From NCBI GenBank assembly GCA_012295275.1, contig CM022678.1, positions 12,462,001 through 12,526,000 on the forward strand: DNA of 64,000 nt. The letters run 5' to 3'. This document shows positions 53,900 to 64,000 of this stretch, piece after piece (the first letter of the stretch is position 1; the number at the start of each line of letters is the position of its first letter). The translations under genes were made by a program, and so were the position numbers. The notes under the pieces are model-generated. The model worked only from the letters and a program-made list of their open reading frames with translations. It made no database searches and was not told where the DNA came from. This stretch comes from Chrysomallon squamiferum (lineage: Eukaryota; Animalia; Mollusca).

Positions 53900-56800
53900 A
53901 TTACACCAGTATTGCTTTTCTTTTAAATAAGTTGGTGTTTGTTAAGCTTTTCACAAAATTGTAATGCAACTATTGACCAGTCTTTCTACTTTTCTGTCAC
54001 CATCTGCACTTTGTATGATCAACATCAGACATTCACCTTCTTAAAACTGAATTAATCTTGCATGTCAGCAGTAACATCCACCTTCAATCAGCATCTTCAT
54101 CATCCACTGATTTCATCAAGTCACTTGCATTGATATTTACTAGATATTCCTGACTTGCCTTTAAACATTCTATTAATTCAGTGAGTAATTGTTTAATATT
54201 CACCTAACAGACTATTAAAATAAGTTTTAAAACATGGAAAACGGGTATAAATGTGAAATTCCACCAAATCGTATTAAAAAAAAAAAATCTAAATTATCCT
54301 GATATTTCATTATTTGTCAGTAAAACTAATCTCTGCCTATGGGCAGACCACAAATAAACAAACAAGTAGTCAGAAAAATCAAGATACACATTTAGAGAGA
54401 TACAGACATATCATGTCATATTCATATTGATAAATGTACATACTGCAATAAATTTTCTTTAATAGAAATAATATACATATGTATTTTTAAAAAGTCAATA
54501 CCAATCTAAAATGTGACTTTAAACACATATTCCAGATTCATGATTTGACTCATTCAATCAAATAATCAAATATGTTTAGAAACTGAATCTAAACTAAGCC
54601 CATTTATGATTGTTTCCACTAAAGAAATCAAATGATACATGTCATAGATATGATCATAATTTGTAACACTGCAGGATTTATGTATGATGTAAACAAATAT
54701 ATCTGAACAGTAATTTGCCAACCACTTTCAGTGAGAACTTAATTAGGCTTAGATATTCATGTGTAATGTTAACATAACTTACATTTTATAAAAATAAAAT
54801 AAGAACTGAAATTCATAATAACAGTCTTTCAAATAAATTTGCCCTATCAGCATTATATGAAATCAAATGTTACCAAGGTAAGCAGTGAGAATACTCAAAA
54901 TATTTCACCAGAATTTGTAATACTAATATAAATATTTTTAAAATAGATAATTATTTTCAACATTTTCTCATGCTATTTGAAAACATTTTAATGAATATCA
55001 AATTTTTACAATGATTTCAGTATTCAGTCTATGATTATTATTGGAGATCAGCATCAAAAGAATGGCTCCAAGCAAATCACAGCAACATTAAAATTATATT
55101 ATATCTGATATCATATATTTCATTTTCTACATTAAGGAATATTTATATTAAATACATTTTTATTTCACAAAAACAAATCACTGTTTAATGCTAGACTGAT
55201 GAAACAAAAGGAACTTGTGAACTCAGGTTTTTACTCACATGTAGCATGACTCCTATGTTTTTTTTTATTAATATAAAAGATAGCGAAAAACACAGAGAAT
55301 GTGACTGATATTCACAGCTTATGATGTCACAGCAATATAATGTAAATCAATTTCAGTTTATAAATCAGTTACATGACTTCTGAACATTAATTTACTCACT
55401 TATCAGTTCAGCAATGGCTTTTTGCCTGTGTCTTTCCAGTTTTGGAGCTATATCTGTCTTGAGGTCCCAGTCTGTTTGTGTGGAGCAAGATTTAACAAAT
55501 TCTAGATTAGAAAATACAAATATGTAAACATGAAACTAATAATGACATTATTAACAGATGGTTATGTTATCTCGTATTAAATTTGTTTTTTATTTTTATT
55601 TAATGTACTTAATTTGTTTAATTTTCTAACATAAAATGCTTAATGGGTTGTTTCACTGTCATAGGTGCACATGTATTTTTATGCTGTTTTTTTTTTTCTC
55701 ATTACTTCATTATTAGCAAAGGTTCAGTGCAAGTATAAACAAAGAAAATAATTGAAATGGTATAAAAGAATGTTCTCCAGAAATTTATTTTAAATATTAT
55801 CAGTGACTTTATAGGGAAAATTGGACAAATAGAATGATAATAATAATAATAATAATAATAATTACAGTCTCAAAAATCCCAAAAATTAACATTCAAATAC
55901 CTCATACTTCTTTTATAATGAACTTCCTTCAACCACATCGAACGCACTACCGAAAAAAATAATTATGAACTAATTACCGCAAAGAAACATACAATAACAT
56001 TATTATCTATTTTATTTTTATCTTTATTTTTTCCGCATATTGAAGTGCACTAAACAACTTTATTGACAGCCATTTGTAACAAAGTGCATTTTATTTCAGT
56101 ATTAAAGAATTTTCACCATATCCTATTTACTTAATTATTTGAAAAATATGAAATGGTGTTTATATATTTAGATAATAAAAATGCGTGAAAATTTGATATA
56201 AATAAATAAATAAATAAATAAATACAAAATATTCTTCTGAAATTATTTCATTTAAATTTTAAAACATACTTTCTTGTTATTATTTTTATGTGTTTGTACT
56301 TCTTGATTCACCTATTATGTCTGAGTGAATAATACAGTTAATGTGTATAACATCATTAATACTGAAAAAAAGATCTGTTACCCGCCAGTAGTTCACTTTT
56401 CAGAGAGACAGGTTAACAAACAACAAAAATGGTTATTAACAAGTAGAAGCATATTTCCATTTTAAATTCTTTAGCATTTCTTTTAGTTTGTATTAACCCC
56501 CACACACACAAAAACAAAAACCATTCTTCTTTTTCTTCTTCTTCTTCTTATTATTATAGTGCCTGACACAATTTATCACCTATGTTCCATGTTTCGTTGT
56601 CACATTAATATCTGACACAAAGTTAAGAGTATGTTACACATCAGTAAACAAACAAATTAGATATCAAACATTGTGTGGGTGTCACTCAGTCATTCTTAAG
56701 CACAAAGTGAAATATTAAAAACAAAAATAAATAAAAATATAGCCGACATTTTAAAAAATGTAACTAGATATTAAACTGGATACTTCACTGGAGATCTATA

Positions 56801-58277
56801 GTCATGTGGTTTAAATCCAGATGTTAGAGATCATGTTTTGACTTTCCTTTATTCTGCATGTTCAAGTTAGATGGAGCAATGGCCCAATTCACAACAAACA
56901 CAGGGAAACATTTTTCAAGCTCTAGAATTAGAATGAAATGTTCAGAACTGGATAACAATATATTTTTTGAAAACCATTTTCCTCAATATGTTCACACCTC
57001 CGTATTGACTGTCCTCAGTATTTGATAAATGGAAATAAGAATTAGAAAAATAAAATTATAACCAGCAGAAGGATGGGGCAGCTTATCAAGGCCTGAGTAA
57101 CTTTTTGCCTTTAAACCATAGATTTTCTTAATTTTAAAGGATAAATAAACAAGAATGCATGTTTATTAGAATAATATATTTTAATTATATGTTTGTGTAC
57201 AGGGTGGGAATATATATGTCAATTAAGAGACAAACTGATCGTGCAGGTTGCGCAAGGAAAGTTGGTAACTGCTATTTAGTGCCAAAGTCTTGTGATTGGG
57301 AATATGGTGATAAGCTTAATTCTTTGCTAAACCCAACCATCAAAACTCGTCCAGAGAAAACCATGTACGGCCATTACTTTCATATTGATATATATTGTTT
57401 TTCCAATATGCACTGAATGCATCATATTTTTCAAAAGTTTGTTGGTGGAGCACGCCTCTAAATCCACCTAACAGGATGCGGTGTCTGTGGTGCTTATCCA
57501 CTCAACATTTGCCTCCAGTTGCTGACCTGCTTTTCTGACTATCTTAGCATCCATTCTTGTACTTCCTAGAACCACACCTGAGTTTAAGAGAGTTATGTCT
57601 GTTATAAAAGAAAGAAAGAAAGAAAAAAACCTTTAAAGGTAGAAGTTCAGGTATAACTCAGTGGGTGTTGTGTTGACAAATTTGTTGTATTGTTGACATA
57701 TTTCACAATGTGCACAGTTGTCCATACAGTCATCACTCATGCTTTTCCAGAAATAAATGCCTCCCTAACATGTGCTACCCCTTGGTAACTCATTATCATT
57801 GACAGGCTGTAGAAGTTTTGCTTTCTGATACACCTTGACCACGTTCACTGGAGTAGCATCAAAAGATTAACAGTAATTTATGAGTCTGTCTCTTTCTGAA
57901 GAGCACTGGGATGTCTTGCGAGTTGTTCTTCTTTTAGAGTAATTCTCAGAGTATTTGCCTTCAGTCAATCTTCGTGATAATCAGTGGTGTAAATCAAAAT
58001 GAAGGGTCTCATCAATGGGCTTTGGTCCTGACAAACACTTCAGATATATGTTATTATAGCACTTTAATAAAAAGACTGCGGCACAATGCAACATGTTTCT
58101 AAGAAAAGACATGCATAAGCCTACAGTAGGATTATAGCTACTAAAAGAATTATCAATGATAAATCCACCTTCAATGATGTCTTCAGCTCCATTTAACAAG
58201 CAATGAATATCTCTATTTTCAAGATGGGAGTAGTGATCAAGTACCCAGACAAATGTTTCTCCCAGTTATGACTCCAC
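53900..58277 (-). pseudogene. Decayed minus-strand multi-exon gene of unknown family
   Basis: Exon 57779-58277 has 166 codons, 3 stops, no frameshift and ends in phase 1. Exon 55400-55501 is open, phase 1-1 (FVKSCSTQTDWDLKTDIAPKLERHRQKAIAELI). An exon from 54203 reads VNIKQLLTELIECLKASQEYL..EGECLMLIIQS. Confidence 0.45.
54810..55100 (+). pseudogene. Possible highly degenerate 18S rRNA fragment
   Basis: Colinear resemblance to 5' 18S blocks: attcataataac; tctttcaaat..tgccctatcagc..taccaagg; then ggaga..aatggct..ccaag..cagca..aaatta. Identity is low and there are large indels. Confidence 0.3.
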
Positions 58278-58758
58278 CTGTCTACAATTTTAAATGAGTT
58301 TTTATGAATCTCTATTTGTAGTGATGTTTAATTAGTTTTAATAGATATATGCTGTATAAAATAATTACCACAAATAGAATACAGAACTGCACCTGAAAAT
58401 AATCACAGAGTGGGGGAAAGAACACTTGTAAGGGGAACAAATATCTGGCGGGAAAGTTTGTTCTCTAACACCAGTTCTAAGCTATAAAGGAATTGAGAGT
58501 TAGGAACAAAATATTTGACACTTTTTATTGGTAGATAAGTTTCTTTGTTTATTTTCTTATGTTTAATTTTATTTTTTGTTTGTTTTATTCATTGTTTTTC
58601 AAATTTCTAATATGTCTTTACAATTTAATAATAAAAACAATTTTGATCAGGATACCAAGCTTTTATTATAATATTATATATAAATATATATGCATCTCTC
58701 TCTCTGTCTCTCTCTGTCTCTCTCTCTTATCTCAACAAATAAGCAAGCAACTACAGAA

Positions 58759-59886
58759 CTAACATGAATAGGAATCCCAAAATATCATTCCCATCTATAT
58801 CATCACAATCGGCACCAACTGCCCAGTCACCATCCCCGTCACCGTCTCCACAATCAGGTACAAAAACATTTTTGGTGGAACGTCTCATAAGAATGAAATG
58901 CATTCAGAGTGTTCAACATTATCTAACCAAATGGGTTGGTTATCCTACACCTACATGGGAACCACATACACACTTTGAGCCAGATCTTTTGAAGGACTTT
59001 CATATCCACAGTCTGGACGCAGACGAAAAAGGGGCCGTAAATATTTGTCATAGTTATGTCAAAACCCAGTTTTCCCTGTTAGACCCTTGACAGCCATGAG
59101 ACTTAATGGGAGTACTAATGGGTGTTCTATCATAGAATTGAGGTTGTTGATGGCACAACATATTTCAATTCTGGATCACCTACTGACGTATCCCATTGGT
59201 TTCATTTTGTCATAGGTTCTATCTGGGGGACACTTCTCGTTTGGCTAATGATTATTGCAGTGAAACTGGTTCAATTACTGAACTAAACTAAATATATTGT
59301 TCTCAAAAACATATAAATGCACTATGAGAACGGAACTGAAAATGGCAAATGCCAAACATTTATCCTCATTTAGAAGATACTCATTTTAGCAATGTCATAA
59401 AAGGAATAGAATCAAATTATGACGCTATTCACCAGACCACAGCCACTATTTCACAAAGTATACTATCTCTACGATCATCTATTATCTCAATCACTTGCCC
59501 TTCATACATGAATATGAATTTCAACTCTAGGAAGTTACACTGTCTCTTCCAGCAACCATTTACTGCTTATGTATTATGCCAAAAGCAGATTAAAATAAAA
59601 TATATTTAACTCTTTGATAATCAAAGCGTTGTCAAGTTACAATCCATCCAATCTAACAACAGACACATAATTAATTAAAATGCCTAAATACATTAATACG
59701 TAACTATATGAGCTATAAAATAACGCACAGACCAGTGTCCAGTTACAATGCAGGCTGACCAGGAATAAACTCTTCAGAACTTTATCTCTCTTTCATTTTT
59801 GTTTTTGACTGGACCTCATTGCTTTCACTGCAAAAGTAGTTCCATAGCAAAACAATAACCAAGGAAAAAAATAATCATGGTTATAA
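58759..59886 (+). mobile_element. Second, heavily deleted copy of the env-bearing Gypsy element (chromodomain, env pieces, LTR pieces)
   Basis: KTFLVERLIRMKCIQSVQHYLTKWVGYPTPTWEPHTHFEPD is nearly identical to 20960-21166. It also carries the env start (atgagacttaatggg), env end (RKLHCLFQQPFTAYVL) and LTR blocks matching 19735-20040 and 18936-19071 in the opposite orientation. Confidence 0.9.
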
Positions 59887-59931
59887 ACACACATATATAC
59901 TAGGGTAAATAAAATATAATAAATAAATAAG

Positions 59932-61575
<1,644 letters not shown>

Positions 61576-62965
61576 TGTTCTATTTGTAAAATGTAATACA
61601 AGTTAACAGCAGCGAGAATGTTACAAAAATGTTGTAGTAGCTATTGCATTACGGGTAACAGTGGTTGTAATAAGTAAATATACAAATACCCTAACCCACC
61701 CGTTATTTAAACAAAACCGGACCTGGACGTTGTATTCCATGTTAAAGAGAAAAGATAATTGTGTATTGTTGATTAGTAATCTTTCTTACTTGACGTAAAC
61801 AATTATCAGTTTACTAAATAAGGCCATGGATTTTAACTGAAATACCTCACCTGAGTTTTATCTCCATCACGAGACGGTCAAAGTTCTCTTCAAACGGGTA
61901 TATTAGATCACGTATTTGTGTTTTGTCTCATAGAACTGAAAACTGGTTTCCACGGTAACACAGCCTCATTGTCATCTCTTTGTTAGAAAATATCCAACCT
62001 GGTAAGAACTCCATTTTGTTTTATAAAAGTTGCATTTAATCTCTCTCTCATTATTATTATTAATGTATTTATTTATTTATTTATTTTTATTAAAAGTAGT
62101 GTTTGGCGATATGCTGTCGCATTGATCCTTCTCAATGTCAGTTTCAGATTATTTTATCAAAGGTCGTGGTATCTGGTTAGTAGTTACCGGGATAATGTAC
62201 CCGTCCCGCTGCGTCAAAACATTTATTTTCTTCCATTCTGTTAATGCTTAAACCATACGAACTGAATCTAGAAAACTGTAGATTTAAAATGTGTACAGTT
62301 CGATCTAAATAAAGTATTTTGTACTCATTCAGCAGCAATGTCATTCTATACAATCGTAACAATCTACAATCATACAATGTATTCAAATGTGACTTCATTA
62401 TCATCAAAATAAACACATCTACTTCCGTTCCGTTTTAAATTGTTCAAGGGTCGGCTTACTAAAGATATTACTTAGCATGGCAGGAACAGTGATGTGAGAA
62501 ATTACCTGCAGGACTTACGACATAACAAACTTAAAAATTTTAGTTTTTATTCTATTTATTTATTTACTTATTCAGTAGCAATATAATTTGTTTATTTTGA
62601 GATTTTTAAAACCTGACTTCGTAATCATTCTACTGAACACATTACTTCGCTCTAGGTCACGTTTCGAGTTTGCTCGATCGTGAAAATGTGGGCTGGGTTA
62701 CGTAGCATGACACGAATAGTGGTGTGCATAATTACCTTGCAGCATTCATGGACATTCACATATGTTCAGTTTGTAGTAGTCCTGCAAATAAATAAACAAA
62801 TAAACAGTTTACATAGTATATATAAATATATGATATATTCTAACATATTTATTGTTTCATTTATTTGTTTGTATAGACGGTTGGCCGTTTGAATTAAGTG
62901 CAATTAATGTGTAATTTTTGCCTCTAGTCAGTTGTTTTCAACTGCTATTCTTCATTATCTCATAT

Positions 62966-63008
<43 letters not shown>

Positions 63009-63190
63009 TAGTTACATTTTTCTTTCTCTATATTTTCTTTTTCTAACATTCTCTCATTCTTGTATTATTATTGTTATTATTATTTAGTTACATTTTCCTT
63101 TTTATATAATTTCTTTTTGTAACTTTCTCTCATTCTTCCCTGTTCTTGCTATTATTATTATTATTATTATTATTAATATTATTCACAGAT

Positions 63191-64000
63191 ATGGCAACAG
63201 CTTCAAACTTTGATGATAATTTATCTTGCTGTCTTTGCATTGACATTTTCGACAAGCCACGAGTTCTTTCTTGTGGACATTCATTTTGTTCTAAATGCCT
63301 GCAGGACTTCATCAGTCACAATTACAACAACGATGATACAGAAATAAGCTGCCCATTCTGCAGGCAGAACGAAACCAGTGTATACGTGGGCAGCTCAGTT
63401 TCCTATAAACAAGGTACTGGTCGATGCCATTAATGATCAGCTACAATTAAAGTTTTGTGAGTCAGCTGTGTTTAGGTTTATTACAATAAAATAATTAAAA
63501 CAGATACAGTGATTATTTAACTGAAAATATTTATGTCGAGTATTAACCATTGCAGCATAAAGGAATAAAGGACACTTTTTCCATAACATTTTTCTACTAG
63601 CATTTTAAATTAGTTGATAAAATCAATTCTATAGTTCTTCATATTGCATGAATATCTTTATTAATAGTAGTAATACTAGTTCTGTTATTATTATTATTAA
63701 TATTATTATTTGTTTATTTACCTCAGATAAAAAGGGAGGTCACATTTCACTTTTGAGTTCTGTTTCTGAGAGTCTCAAAAACTTTAAAGAAATTCTTCAG
63801 ACAGAGATGGATGATAAGATTGAGCAACTTTGCCAAGCCGTCGATATCAACGTCATGGACACTGCAGAAGAGGTCAGAAGGATTGGTAACACACTAATCA
63901 CAGATTTCACAGCCGCAGTCCACAAACAACAAGATAGGCTAATAAGAGAAATAGAAAAATCTCAGAACTTTGTAAACTCAGAAATAGACAAATTGTTCAG
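63191..64000 (+). pseudogene. Second copy of the RING-coiled coil-NHL TRIM-like gene, frameshifted; continues off the right edge
   Basis: Near-identical to 15026 onward (exons 63191-63456 and 63727->64000). A 20-nt deletion after the RING (cagaacg^aaacc) shifts the frame and gives a stop at 63431-63433. Confidence 0.88.

Overview
Very AT-rich, intron-containing eukaryotic DNA with many microsatellites. The SINE family, the TRIM/NHL and nSTAND3-type remnants and the LINE style suggest a mollusc, probably a gastropod (inference). Only two genes look intact. One is a B-box-less RING/coiled-coil/NHL-propeller TRIM-like E3 ligase (CDS 15026-16999, 541 aa). The other is a 5-exon secreted Cys-rich protein with an IGFBP/FPI-1-like N-domain and two thyroglobulin type-1 domains (50710-53195, 226 aa, GC-AG first intron). 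The rest is largely decayed gene fragments: an nSTAND3 NTPase, EGF-repeat exons, an unrecognised multi-exon gene killed only by stop codons, the last two exons of MCC, two minus-strand relics and a frameshifted second TRIM copy at the right edge. Mobile elements include two LINE copies, tRNA-derived SINEs and MITE-like inverted repeats. The most notable element is a Ty3/Gypsy present in two differently deleted copies, which combines a chromodomain integrase with a third, envelope-like ORF; this is a candidate molluscan endogenous retrovirus-like element. All alignments and translations beyond the supplied ORF track were done by eye.
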